Notes under the pieces: model-generated | Databases searched by the model: none | The model's input: only the letters and a program-made list of their open reading frames with translations | Told to the model about the DNA's origin: nothing | NCBI GenBank assembly: GCA_035283365.1 | Contig: DATETY010000008.1 | Span: 1 to 64,000, forward strand | Origin: Thermoplasmata archaeon | GTDB taxonomy: Archaea; Thermoplasmatota; Thermoplasmata; RBG-16-68-12 | Length of the DNA stretch: 64,000 nt | Direction: 5' to 3' | Position numbers and translations under genes: made by a program | Shown: in pieces, positions 19,410 through 28,376 of the stretch | Position numbering within the stretch: the first letter of the stretch is position 1 | Layout of the letters: every line of letters starts with the position of its first letter

Positions 19410-21248
19410 TTACTTCTTGTCGACGTCTTCGTAATCCGCATCCACGACGCCCGGCTCGTCGGACCCATCGGGTCCCGGACCTCCCGGAGGCGGGGCCGCC
19501 GCCGGCTGGCCCTTCTTGTACATCTCGACCCCGATCTGCTGGGCGGCCGCGGAGAGGGCCTCCATCGCCTTCTTCAGCGCCGGGAAGTCGTCCGTCGCGA
19601 GGGCCTTCTTGAGGTCCTCGAGCCTCGATTCGACCGCCTTCCGGGTCGCCTCGGACACCTCGGAGCCGTGCTCCTTGAGCATCTTCTCCGTCGCGTACAC
19701 GAGCCCGTCCGCCTGATTCCGCGCCTCCACGAGCTCGCGGCGGCGCCGGTCGTCCTCCGCGTGGCTCTCCGCGTCCCGCATCGCCTGGTCGATCTTGGCC
19801 TGATCCATCCGGTGCGGGGCCATGATCGTGAGCTTCTCGGTCTTCCCCGTCGCCGTGTCCTTCGCGGTCACCGTGAGGATCCCGTTCGCATCGATGTCGA
19901 ACGTGACCTCGATCTTGGGCACGCCGCGTGGCGCGGGCGGCATCCCCGTCAGGTAGAACCGCCCGAGGCTCACGTTGTCGCCCGCCATCGCGCGTTCGCC
20001 CTGGAGGACGTGGACCTCGACGCTCGTCTGCCCATCCGCGGCCGTCGTGAACACCTCGCTCTTCCGAGTCGGGATCGTCGCGTTGCGCTCGATGAGCTTC
20101 GTGAACACGCCGCCCAGGGTCTCCACGCCGAGGCTCAGGGGCGTCACATCGAGGAGGAGGATGTCCTTCACCTCGCCGCTCAGGATCGCCCCCTGGATCG
20201 CGGCCCCGAGGGCCACGCACTGCATGGGGTCGACCCCCCGCTCCGCGGGCCGGCCGAGGATCTTCTCGAAGCGATCCCGGACGACGGGCATGCGCGTCGG
20301 GCCGCCCACGAGGATCACGTGGTTCACGTCCGAGAAGGCCCAGCTCGCGTCCTTGAACGCCTGCCGGATCGGCTGCTCGAGCCGCGCGAGGACGGGCTCG
20401 ATGAGCTGCTCGAGCCTCGACCGACTGAGCTTCCGCTCGAGGTGGACCGGGGCGCCGCCTTTCTGGGCGATGAACGGCAGGTTCATCGTCGTCTCGACCG
20501 TGCTCGACAGCTCGATCTTCGCCTTCTCGGCGGCGTCCCGGAGGCGCTGCATCGCCTGGCGATCTTTCGACAGGTCCACGCCGTGCTCGGACCGCACCTC
20601 GTCGACGAGCCAGTCGATCAGGTCGTTGTCCATGTCCATGCCCCCGAGGGCCGTGTCCCCGGAGGTCGAGGCGACCTCGAAGACCCCGTCACCCGTCTCC
20701 ATGAGGGTCACGTCGAATGTGCCTCCGCCGAGGTCGAGCACCGCGATCTTGCCCTCGCTCTTCTTGTCGAGGCCGTACGCGAGGGCCGCCGCGGTCGGCT
20801 CGTTCACGAGGCGCATGACCTCGAGGCCTGCGATCTTCCCCGCGTCCTTCGTCGCCTGCCGCTGGTTGTCGTTGAAGTACGCGGGTACCGTGATGACGAC
20901 CTGAGTGATCGGCTGTCCGAGGAACGCCTCCGCGTCCGTCTTGATCTTCCGGAGGATCATCGCGGAGACCTCCTGGGGCGTGTACTCCTTGCCGTCGATC
21001 CGCACGCGGTGGTCCGTCCCCATCTTCCGCTTGATCTGCATGATCGTCTTCTCCGGGTTCAGGACGGCCTGCCGCTTCGCGGGCTCGCCCACGAGGATCC
21101 CGTCCTTCGTGAAGGCGACGACGGACGGGAACATCTTCCCCCCGTACGCGCTGCCTTCCGCGCTCGGGATGATCCGGGGCGCGCCGCCCTCCATGATCCC
21201 AGCTTCCGAGTTCGTCGTTCCAAGGTCAATTCCGATGATTTTCGGCAT
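19410..21248 (-). CDS. dnaK: molecular chaperone DnaK (Hsp70)
   Basis: [23 protein letters not shown] and the rest of the Hsp70 signature. ATG at 21248 is preceded by GGAGGTGA. Its 5-prime end overlaps the grpE 3-prime end. Confidence 0.95.
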   Translation of the reverse strand: MPKIIGIDLGTTNSEAGIMEGGAPRIIPSAEGSAYGGKMFPSVVAFTKDGILVGEPAKRQAVLNPEKTIMQIKRKMGTDHRVRIDGKEYTPQEVSAMILRKIKTDAEAFLGQPITQVVITVPAYFNDNQRQATKDAGKIAGLEVMRLVNEPTAAALAYGLDKKSEGKIAVLDLGGGTFDVTLMETGDGVFEVASTSGDTALGGMDMDNDLIDWLVDEVRSEHGVDLSKDRQAMQRLRDAAEKAKIELSSTVETTMNLPFIAQKGGAPVHLERKLSRSRLEQLIEPVLARLEQPIRQAFKDASWAFSDVNHVILVGGPTRMPVVRDRFEKILGRPAERGVDPMQCVALGAAIQGAILSGEVKDILLLDVTPLSLGVETLGGVFTKLIERNATIPTRKSEVFTTAADGQTSVEVHVLQGERAMAGDNVSLGRFYLTGMPPAPRGVPKIEVTFDIDANGILTVTAKDTATGKTEKLTIMAPHRMDQAKIDQAMRDAESHAEDDRRRRELVEARNQADGLVYATEKMLKEHGSEVSEATRKAVESRLEDLKKALATDDFPALKKAMEALSAAAQQIGVEMYKKGQPAAAPPPGGPGPDGSDEPGVVDADYEDVDKK

Positions 21249-21786
21249 CCGAGTCACCTCCGTTCTTCGCAACGATCACATGAGCGGGACGCAGGACGCG
21301 GTCGTGGAGGCGGTACCCTTTCCGGACGACGGACGTCACGGTGCCGTCCGGCACGTCCGGCGCGGGCGCCTGCTCGAGGCACTCGTGCACGTACGGGTCG
21401 AACGGGAGGCCGCGGGCCGGGATCTCCTGGAGGCCCACCTCCTGGAGGGCCTTGAGGAGGTTGTCGCGGACCATGGCGAGGCCCTGGCCAGCCGGCCCGG
21501 AGGCCGAGGCGACGGCCGCGTCGATCTCGTCGAGGGCGGGGAGGAGCCGGCTCAGGAGCCCCTCGTAGGCGTACCGGACGAGCGTCTCCGCCTCCTTCGC
21601 GGAGCGCTTCCGGAAGTTGTCGAAGTCCGCCTGCAGATACTTCAGGCGCGTGATGAGGGCGTCGACCTCCCGCTGGGCCGCGTCGAGCTCCCCCCGCACG
21701 TCTTGCCCCTCGGCGGGTTCGACCTTCGCCGGCTCGGCGGTCTCGGACGGCCCGGCGGCCGGCGCATCATTCCCCATCCGGACCAC
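21226..21786 (-). CDS. grpE: nucleotide exchange factor GrpE
   Basis: Coiled-coil LITRLKYLQADFDNFRKRSAKEAE and C-terminal beta domain VTSVVRKGYRLHDRVLRPAHVIVAK. Confidence 0.85.
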   Translation of the reverse strand: MVRMGNDAPAAGPSETAEPAKVEPAEGQDVRGELDAAQREVDALITRLKYLQADFDNFRKRSAKEAETLVRYAYEGLLSRLLPALDEIDAAVASASGPAGQGLAMVRDNLLKALQEVGLQEIPARGLPFDPYVHECLEQAPAPDVPDGTVTSVVRKGYRLHDRVLRPAHVIVAKNGGDSDAENHRN

Positions 21787-22216
21787 CTCCTGGTTGGCGA
21801 GAACCCTTGCCGGGTCGACGGGGGAGCGTGATGTCGAGCACCCCGTTCCGGTACGTCGCTTCGATGCCGGCGGGGTCGACCGGCTCCGGAAGCCTCACGT
21901 GAGACCGGAAGGCCCGCCCGTCGGCCTTCCGCGCGGCGACCCGGAGCACGTCCGCTTCCGCCTCGACCTGAATCGTCTCGCGCGACGCGCCGGGGACCTC
22001 GAGGGTCACGTAGACCCGCCCGGGCGTCATCACGACATCCGTCGCGGGGACCCCGACGCCGTCCGGGTCCTGGATGACCGGCCCGGGGGGTCCGAGGACG
22101 AACGGGGGCGTCCCGAGCCCTGGGACAGGTAGGCTCCGCGTGCCCTCGAGTCGCCGGACCAGGCGGTCGAACGGGCTCTCGGGAGCCGCCGGCGTGCCAA
22201 ACAGGTCCGCGTCCAT
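21767..22216 (-). CDS. hsp20: small heat-shock protein Hsp20 / alpha-crystallin family
   Basis: ACD segments VYVTLEVPGASRETIQVEAEADVLRVAARK...GVLDITLPR. ATG at 22216 after a GGAGG RBS. Confidence 0.8.
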   Translation of the reverse strand: MDADLFGTPAAPESPFDRLVRRLEGTRSLPVPGLGTPPFVLGPPGPVIQDPDGVGVPATDVVMTPGRVYVTLEVPGASRETIQVEAEADVLRVAARKADGRAFRSHVRLPEPVDPAGIEATYRNGVLDITLPRRPGKGSRQPGGGPDGE

Positions 22217-22247
22217 GGAGACCTCCGGGGCCTCCGGGGAGGCCCGC

Positions 22248-23900
22248 CTAGAACTCTTCGCCGTCGCCTCCGCCTTCGCCGCCGTCGCCGCCCTTGCCGC
22301 CTCCGCCCTTGCCGCCTTCCCCGGCCCTCGCGGCGATCACGTCGTCGATGCGCAGGATCATGACGGCCGCGTCCGTCGCGGAGGAGATCGCCTGGCCGCC
22401 CACTCGGATCGGCTCCACGACGCTCTCCTTCTTCATGTCGGAGACCTTCCCCGTGAAGACGTTGATCCCGGCGTTCTTGTTCCCCTGCTTGTGCTGCTTG
22501 CGGAGCTCGATGAGGGTGTCGATCGGGTCCAGCCCGGCGTTCTCCGCGAGCGTGCGCGGGATGACCTCGACCGCGTCCGCGAACGCCTCGATCGCGATCT
22601 GCTCGCGACCGCCGACGCTCGAGGCGTAGTCGCGCAGGCCGAGGGCGATCTCCGTCGCGCTCGAGCCGCCGCCCGTGATGATCTTGCCGTCCTCGATCGC
22701 GACGGCCACGACGGACGTCGCGTCCTCGAGGGACCGCTCGACCTCGTCCACGACGTGCTCCGTGCCCCCGCGGATCAGGATGGAGAGGGCCTTCGGGTTC
22801 TTGCAGCCCGTGACGAACGTCATCTCGTCGTCGCCGATCTTCTTCTCGTAGACGAGCTTCGCGTAGCCGAGGTCCTCCTTGGACAGCTCGTCGAGCTTCG
22901 TGACGAGCTTCCCGCCCGTCGCCTTCGCGAGCTTCTCCATGTCAGACTTCTTGACCCGCCGGACCGCGTAGATCCCGTCCTTCGCGAGGTAGTGCTGCGC
23001 GAGGTCGTCGATCCCCTTCTGGCAGAACACGATGTTCGCGCCGCTCTTCCGGACCGTCTCGACCATCCGCTTCAGCATGGCCTCCTCCTCGTTGAGGAAC
23101 GCCTGGAGCTGGGTCGGATCCGTGATCTCGATCTTCGCGTCGATCTCCGTCTTCTTGACCTCGAGAGCCGCGTCGATGAGTGCGATCTTCGCGTCGTTGA
23201 CCTCGGACGGCATCCCCGGGTGCACACGCTCCTTGTCCACGATGATCCCGTCGACGAGCTCCGTGTCCGCGATGGACCCGCCCTGCTTCTTGACGATCTG
23301 GATGTTGTCGTCGTCCACGAAGTAGGACCCCTCCGCGCGCTGCTCCGCGACCGTCGAGACGGCCTTCACGGCGATGTCGGCGAGGAGCTCCTTGTGGCCG
23401 CTCGAGGACTTCGAGGACATCGCGGTCATCGCGACCTTTCGAAGGACGTCCGCGTCCTTGATCGAGACCTTCGTCGCGACTTTCTCGAGGACCTCACGCG
23501 CCCGCTCGCTCGCGAGGCGGAAGCCCGCGGCGATCACGGTCGGGTGGATGCTCTGCTCGATGAGGTCCTCCGCCTTCTTGAGCAGCTCCCCCGCGAGGAT
23601 GACTGCGGTCGTCGTGCCGTCGCCGGCCTCCTCGTCCTGGGTCTTCGCGACCTCGACGAGCATCTTCGCGGCGGGATGCTCGATGTCGATCTCCTTGAGG
23701 ATCGTGACCCCGTCGTTCGTGATCACGACGTCCCCGAGGCTGTCGACGAGCATCTTGTCCATCCCGCGCGGGCCGAGCGTCGACCGGACGGCGTCCGCGA
23801 CGGCCTTCGCGGCCGCGATGTTGTTGAACTGCGCTCCCTTGCCCCGCTCCCGGCGGGTCCCTTCCTTCAACACGAGAATCGGCGTGCCTGCAGGCATCAT
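22248..23900 (-). CDS. ths: thermosome subunit (group II chaperonin)
   Basis: [66 protein letters not shown]-terminal GGK-rich tail. ATG-ATG start after GGAGGAAC. Confidence 0.95.
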   Translation of the reverse strand: MMPAGTPILVLKEGTRRERGKGAQFNNIAAAKAVADAVRSTLGPRGMDKMLVDSLGDVVITNDGVTILKEIDIEHPAAKMLVEVAKTQDEEAGDGTTTAVILAGELLKKAEDLIEQSIHPTVIAAGFRLASERAREVLEKVATKVSIKDADVLRKVAMTAMSSKSSSGHKELLADIAVKAVSTVAEQRAEGSYFVDDDNIQIVKKQGGSIADTELVDGIIVDKERVHPGMPSEVNDAKIALIDAALEVKKTEIDAKIEITDPTQLQAFLNEEEAMLKRMVETVRKSGANIVFCQKGIDDLAQHYLAKDGIYAVRRVKKSDMEKLAKATGGKLVTKLDELSKEDLGYAKLVYEKKIGDDEMTFVTGCKNPKALSILIRGGTEHVVDEVERSLEDATSVVAVAIEDGKIITGGGSSATEIALGLRDYASSVGGREQIAIEAFADAVEVIPRTLAENAGLDPIDTLIELRKQHKQGNKNAGINVFTGKVSDMKKESVVEPIRVGGQAISSATDAAVMILRIDDVIAARAGEGGKGGGGKGGDGGEGGGDGEEF

Positions 23901-23939
23901 CAGAAGTTCCTCCGTTGGTTAGACCAGGCCCGCCTATGT

Positions 23940-23970
23940 TGGGACTTCTATATAAGTATATCGAGTCGTG
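23940..23970 (-). promoter_or_regulatory. putative TATA/BRE promoter of the thermosome gene
   Basis: Minus strand reads CGATATACTTATATAGAAGTCCC about 45-50 nt upstream of the ATG. A GGAGG RBS lies between. Confidence 0.5.
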
Positions 23971-24011
23971 AGAAAGGGTGGCGGGAGGACCCATAGCCTC
24001 CCGGCGGGTGT

Positions 24012-24030
24012 CCCCATAAATCTATATCGC
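24012..24030 (+). promoter_or_regulatory. putative TATA box for the leaderless IMPase-family gene
   Basis: ccataaatctatatcgc sits about 25-30 nt upstream of the GTG at 24051. No RBS is present, consistent with a leaderless transcript. Confidence 0.45.
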
Positions 24031-24050
24031 GCATCCCTCTAGCTCGCGGC

Positions 24051-24818
24051 GTGAAGGCGCTCCTCCTGGAACTCGCGGACGCGGTCCAGCGAGCCGTGGG
24101 GCAGATCGCGGAGGACCCGGGCGAGGTCCTGGGTCGAGGCGCGGACGGCGCGCCCAGCCTCCGGATCGACCGCGTGGCGGAGGAAGCGGTCCTGCGCACG
24201 CTCGACTACGGGGGCACCAAGATCGACGTCCTGAGCGAGGAGGCGGGCTTCGTCCGCCGAGGGGGCGACCGGCTCCTCGTCCTGGACCCGATCGACGGGA
24301 CCCACAACGCGATCCGCGGGGTGCCCGCGTACTCCGTCTCCATGGCGATCGGGACAGACCGCCTTTCCGACGTGGAAGAGGGCCTCGTGCGCGACCTCGT
24401 GACGGGCGCGACGTACTACGCCGCACGGGGACGGGGGGCCGCGCTGAACGGTCGGCCCATCCGGACCCGTCCCTCCCGCGAGGGCGACCTCCTCATCGGC
24501 GTGTACATTGGTAAGAACGCGGACCCGAGCGCGGCCCGGGTCGCGGCCCGGGCCCGCAGGGTCCGTCACCTCGGCGCCGCATCCCTCGACATGTGCCTCG
24601 TCGCGCATGGCGCCTCGGACCTGTACTACATGCACAGCGCGACCCCCGAGACGAAACTCCGGGTCGTCGACATCGCGGCCTCGACCCTCGTCGTGCGCGA
24701 GGCCGGCGGCCGCGTCACGGACCTCGGGGACCGGGATCTCGATATCCCCCTGCGCCCCGACGCGAGGACGGACCTCATCGCGTTCGGGGATCCGAGGGCG
24801 AGGGAGGCCATCCGGTGA
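24051..24818 (+). CDS. inositol-monophosphatase / fructose-1,6-bisphosphatase family protein (archaeal IMPase/FBPase-type, possible NADP phosphatase)
   Basis: Metal-binding motifs LVLDPIDGTHNAIRG and DLYYMHSATPETKL (the WDxAAG-like region). Confidence 0.8.
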   Translation: MKALLLELADAVQRAVGQIAEDPGEVLGRGADGAPSLRIDRVAEEAVLRTLDYGGTKIDVLSEEAGFVRRGGDRLLVLDPIDGTHNAIRGVPAYSVSMAIGTDRLSDVEEGLVRDLVTGATYYAARGRGAALNGRPIRTRPSREGDLLIGVYIGKNADPSAARVAARARRVRHLGAASLDMCLVAHGASDLYYMHSATPETKLRVVDIAASTLVVREAGGRVTDLGDRDLDIPLRPDARTDLIAFGDPRAREAIR

Positions 24819-25621
24819 AGTTCGGGGTCACGGCGAACCCGCACATCGCGAGCGCCCTGGCGGCCGCGAAGGACGCCGTGGCTCGGATCGGGCGGGAGCA
24901 CGAAGTCGTCCTCGAGGCGGATCTCGCCATCGCCTTGGGCCAGAAGGGGCTGCCCCTCGCCCACATGCGCGTCGACGTGCTCCTCGCGATAGGCGGGGAC
25001 GGCACGATCCTTCGTGCCCTGCAGCTCTCCCAGGCGCCCGTCCTAGGAATCAACTCGGGATCCCTCGGTTTCCTCGCGGAGATCGACGCGTCCGAGTTCG
25101 GCGCCCACCTGGACCGGATCGCTCGCGGCGAGCACCGGATCGAGGAGCGCCCGCGCCTCCAGGTCCTCCTCGACGGGCAGCGGCTCTTCGATTGCGCGAA
25201 TGAAGCCGTCGTCCACACGGCCCAGATCGCGAAGATGCGAACCTTCGAGATCCTCGTGGACGGGGCCTCGATCCAGCGCGTCCGGGCCGACGGGATCATC
25301 GTCGCGACGCCGACCGGCTCCACGTCGTACTCGATGTCCGTGGGCGGCCCCATCGTGGACCCGCGGGTGGACGCGATCCTCGTGACCGCGATCGCCCCGT
25401 TCAAGCCCTCCATGCGGCCGTTCGTCGTGCCCGCTGGGAGCGACGTGCGGGTGCGGCTCGTGAAGCCGCGCGAGTGCCTCCTCGTCCTGGACGGCCAGCA
25501 CGAGGTGAACCTGAAGGGGACCGAGGACCTCGCGTTCACGCGGTCCGACCGCCCCGCGAAGTTCGTCCGCTTCGGGTACGACTTCTATCGACGGATCGAG
25601 GAGAAGCTCGCCCGCGGGTGA
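24815..25621 (+). CDS. nadK: NAD kinase
   Basis: VDVLLAIGGDGTILRA (GGDGT motif). NGSLGFL. Conserved C-terminal domain. GTG at 24815 overlaps the upstream stop (GTGA). Confidence 0.85.
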   Translation: MKFGVTANPHIASALAAAKDAVARIGREHEVVLEADLAIALGQKGLPLAHMRVDVLLAIGGDGTILRALQLSQAPVLGINSGSLGFLAEIDASEFGAHLDRIARGEHRIEERPRLQVLLDGQRLFDCANEAVVHTAQIAKMRTFEILVDGASIQRVRADGIIVATPTGSTSYSMSVGGPIVDPRVDAILVTAIAPFKPSMRPFVVPAGSDVRVRLVKPRECLLVLDGQHEVNLKGTEDLAFTRSDRPAKFVRFGYDFYRRIEEKLARG

Positions 25622-25628
25622 GGGGTCC

Positions 25629-26006
25629 GTGCCGAAGCGGGTCGAGGGGATCTCCCGGAAGGCGCTCCGCATGATCCTGGAGGCCTCCCGGGACATGTAT
25701 CCGCGGGAGTTCGGAGCGATCCTCCGGGCCGAGGAAGGCGTCATCACGGAGATCCTCCTCGTCCCCGGGACCGTCTCGGGGGAGCGCCACGCGATCTTCC
25801 AGCTGCACATGCTCCCGGCGGACTTCTCCGTGGTCGGGACCGTCCACTCCCATCCGAGCGGGGACTTCCGGCCGTCGGACGAGGACCGCCGCTTGTTCAG
25901 CCACTTCGGCGGGGTCCACGTGATCGTGGGCCATCCGTACACGGAGGACTCGTGGTCGGCCTGGACCTATGCGGGAGAGCGCATCCCGCTCCGGATCGTC
26001 CCCTGA
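25629..26006 (+). CDS. JAMM/MPN+ metalloprotease-family protein (possible desampylase)
   Basis: JAMM motif E...HSHPSGDFRPSDED (H-x-H-x7-S-xx-D) in a 125-aa MPN fold. Confidence 0.7.
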   Translation: MPKRVEGISRKALRMILEASRDMYPREFGAILRAEEGVITEILLVPGTVSGERHAIFQLHMLPADFSVVGTVHSHPSGDFRPSDEDRRLFSHFGGVHVIVGHPYTEDSWSAWTYAGERIPLRIVP

Positions 26007-27142
26007 GGCGAACTCCCGGCCAGGAGGGCCTCGTACACGGCGACGACCTGGTCCGTGACCCGGTCGATCGTGAAGGAGGCCTCGACCTTTTCTCGGCCCC
26101 GCCGGCCCATCTCGACCCGAAGGGACGGGTCCTCGAGGAGCCGATTGATCTTCGCGGCCAGATCCTGGGGGTTCACCGGATCCGCCAGGAGCCCTTCCCG
26201 CCCGTCCTCGATCACGTCCCGCACCCCGGGGATGTCCGCGACCACGACGGGCTTGCCGGTCGCCATCGCCTCGAGGGCGACGATCCCGAACGCCTCGAGG
26301 CGGGACACGCTCGGGAGGACGAAGACGTCACAGGCCGCGTACAGCTCGGGGAGCCGGGCCTCCGACACGCGACCGATGAAACGGACGCGGTCATCGACCC
26401 GAAGGACCCGGGAGAGGCGTTTCATCGCGGGGAGCGAAGACCCCGTGCCCGCGACGAGGAACAGGGCGTCGGGCGCGGCCTGGGCCGCCTCCACGAGGTG
26501 CTCGATCCCCTTGTGCGGGACGATCCGGCCGACGAGCAGGACGACCGGTCGGCCGTCGGGGATCCCGAGCCGCGCCCGGACCCCGGCGCCGTCCGCATCG
26601 GGCCGGAACCTTCGGTCGTCCACCGCGTTCGGGATCACGACGGGGTTGTGCCGCCAGACCGCGCGGCTCGTCGCCGCGTACGTGCGGGTCGTGACGATCA
26701 CGCGGTCCGCGCGACGCAGGGTCGCGGCGCCCAGGGTCCTCCGGTACAGCCCCTCCACGAGGGGGCCGAACGGCAGGGGCAGCTCCGGGTCGCAGTGATG
26801 GGTCACCGCGAACGGCACCCCTCGCGTCTCGGCGACCTTCGACGCATAGTACGCGCTGAGCGGCGGCGGGCTGTGCGCATGGATGATCTCCGGATCGATC
26901 CGCTCGAGCGCCCCCCGCGTGCGGGGCGCGACAGGCGTCCGCAAAGTGACGAAACGCGTGCGGACCCGAACCACGCGGATCCCGAACAGGTTCTCCTCCT
27001 CCGGAATCGAGGGATCATGCCGGGACGTGACCACGACGACGTCGTGGCCGCGGGCCGCGAGGTGGCGGGACAGGGAGAGCACGTGGCTCTCGACCCCGCC
27101 GAGGTGCGGATAGAACCACGGGGTCACCTGGGCGACGCGCAT
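25967..27142 (-). CDS. glycosyltransferase family 4
   Basis: GT-B fold. N-terminal YPHLGGVESHV. C-terminal EAFGIVALEAMATGKPVVVADIPGVRDVIEDGREGLL (the E-x7-E region). Confidence 0.8.
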   Translation of the reverse strand: MRVAQVTPWFYPHLGGVESHVLSLSRHLAARGHDVVVVTSRHDPSIPEEENLFGIRVVRVRTRFVTLRTPVAPRTRGALERIDPEIIHAHSPPPLSAYYASKVAETRGVPFAVTHHCDPELPLPFGPLVEGLYRRTLGAATLRRADRVIVTTRTYAATSRAVWRHNPVVIPNAVDDRRFRPDADGAGVRARLGIPDGRPVVLLVGRIVPHKGIEHLVEAAQAAPDALFLVAGTGSSLPAMKRLSRVLRVDDRVRFIGRVSEARLPELYAACDVFVLPSVSRLEAFGIVALEAMATGKPVVVADIPGVRDVIEDGREGLLADPVNPQDLAAKINRLLEDPSLRVEMGRRGREKVEASFTIDRVTDQVVAVYEALLAGSSPQGTIRSGMRSPA

Positions 27143-27149
27143 GGCCGCC

Positions 27150-28376
27150 TCAGAAGATTCGGCTGTTCGGCGCGATGTTTCCCCGCACGCGCGCGCCGGG
27201 GCCGATGAACGCCCCCTCGCCGATGATCGTCCCCGGATCGATGGACGCGTTGATCCCCACCTTCACGTCGTCTCCCATGATGACCCCGAGCTTCCGGAGG
27301 CCCGTGTCGACCTCCGTGCCCCGGAACTGAACCTGGATCGGAGCCTCGTCGAGGCGCAGGTTCGCGACCTTCGTCCCCGCCCCGAGGTTGCATCGTTCCC
27401 CCAGGATGCTGTCCCCGACGTAGTTCTGGTGGGGCACGTGGCTCGACCCCATCACGATGGAGTTCTTCACCTCGCACGCGTTCCCGACCTTCGCGTTCGG
27501 GCCGATCGTCGTCGCGGGGCGGATGTAGCAGTTCGGGCCAATCTCCGCCCCCGGCCCGACGATCGTGGGGCCCTCGATGTACGAGCCTTGACGGACCCGG
27601 GCCGACTCCTCGACGACCACCTCCCCGACGAGGGTCGCCCCCCGGTCGACCTCGCCCCGGACCTCGCCCTTCAGGGAGCCTAGGAGGGCCGCGTTCGCCC
27701 GGAGGAGGTCCCATGGCCGACCCACGTCGATCCACTCACCGGGCAGAAGGAATCCGTGGACATCGCGGGAGGCGAGGAGCATCCGGATCGTGTCCGTGAT
27801 CTCGTGCTCGCCTCGAGGCGACTTCGGGGTCTTGTCGATGAGGGGGAAGATGTCCATCTCGAAGACGTAGATCCCCGCGTTGATGAGCTTCGACGTGGGC
27901 GCGCGCGGCTTCTCCTCGATGCGGACGACCTTGCCGTCCCGGACCTCGACGACGCCGAAGGGCCGCGGATCCGGGACCTCCGCGAGCCCCATCACGGGAC
28001 CCCCGACCTTCCGATGGTGGGCCAGGATCGCCTTGAGCGCCTCCCCGCTCACGACGACGTCGCCGTTCACGCTCAGGAACGCGCCGTCCACGTGGGCGCG
28101 GAGGGAGCCGATCGCGTGTGCGGTGCCGAGCCGCTCGACCTGTTCCTCGTACGCGAGCGTGAGGCCCAGGCTCTCCCCGCGCCCGAACCTCTCGCGGACC
28201 CGATGGCCCTGCCACCCGACGAGGACCGTGACGTCTTTCACGCCCGCGGCTCGGAGGGCCTCGAGGGTGTGTCTCAGGAACGGTTTTCCGGCGACCGGAA
28301 GGAGGGGCTTCGGCAGATTCGCCGTGAGGGGCCGCATCCGGGTCCCCTCGCCCGCCGCGAGCACGACGGCCTTCAT
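27150..28376 (-). CDS. bifunctional sugar-1-phosphate nucleotidylyltransferase / acetyltransferase (archaeal GlmU-like)
   Basis: N-terminal MKAVVLAAGEGTRMRPLT (NTP-transferase G-x-G-T-R). C-terminal left-handed beta-helix hexapeptide repeats. Confidence 0.8.
   Translation of the reverse strand: MKAVVLAAGEGTRMRPLTANLPKPLLPVAGKPFLRHTLEALRAAGVKDVTVLVGWQGHRVRERFGRGESLGLTLAYEEQVERLGTAHAIGSLRAHVDGAFLSVNGDVVVSGEALKAILAHHRKVGGPVMGLAEVPDPRPFGVVEVRDGKVVRIEEKPRAPTSKLINAGIYVFEMDIFPLIDKTPKSPRGEHEITDTIRMLLASRDVHGFLLPGEWIDVGRPWDLLRANAALLGSLKGEVRGEVDRGATLVGEVVVEESARVRQGSYIEGPTIVGPGAEIGPNCYIRPATTIGPNAKVGNACEVKNSIVMGSSHVPHQNYVGDSILGERCNLGAGTKVANLRLDEAPIQVQFRGTEVDTGLRKLGVIMGDDVKVGINASIDPGTIIGEGAFIGPGARVRGNIAPNSRIF

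Noticed and set aside
18405-21455. 1016-aa ORF on the plus strand
   Set aside because: Antisense to dnaJ and dnaK, whose protein signatures are unambiguous. Arg-rich filler sequence.
22074-23996. 640-aa ORF on the plus strand
   Set aside because: Antisense to the thermosome gene. Low-complexity Arg/Asp/Leu translation.
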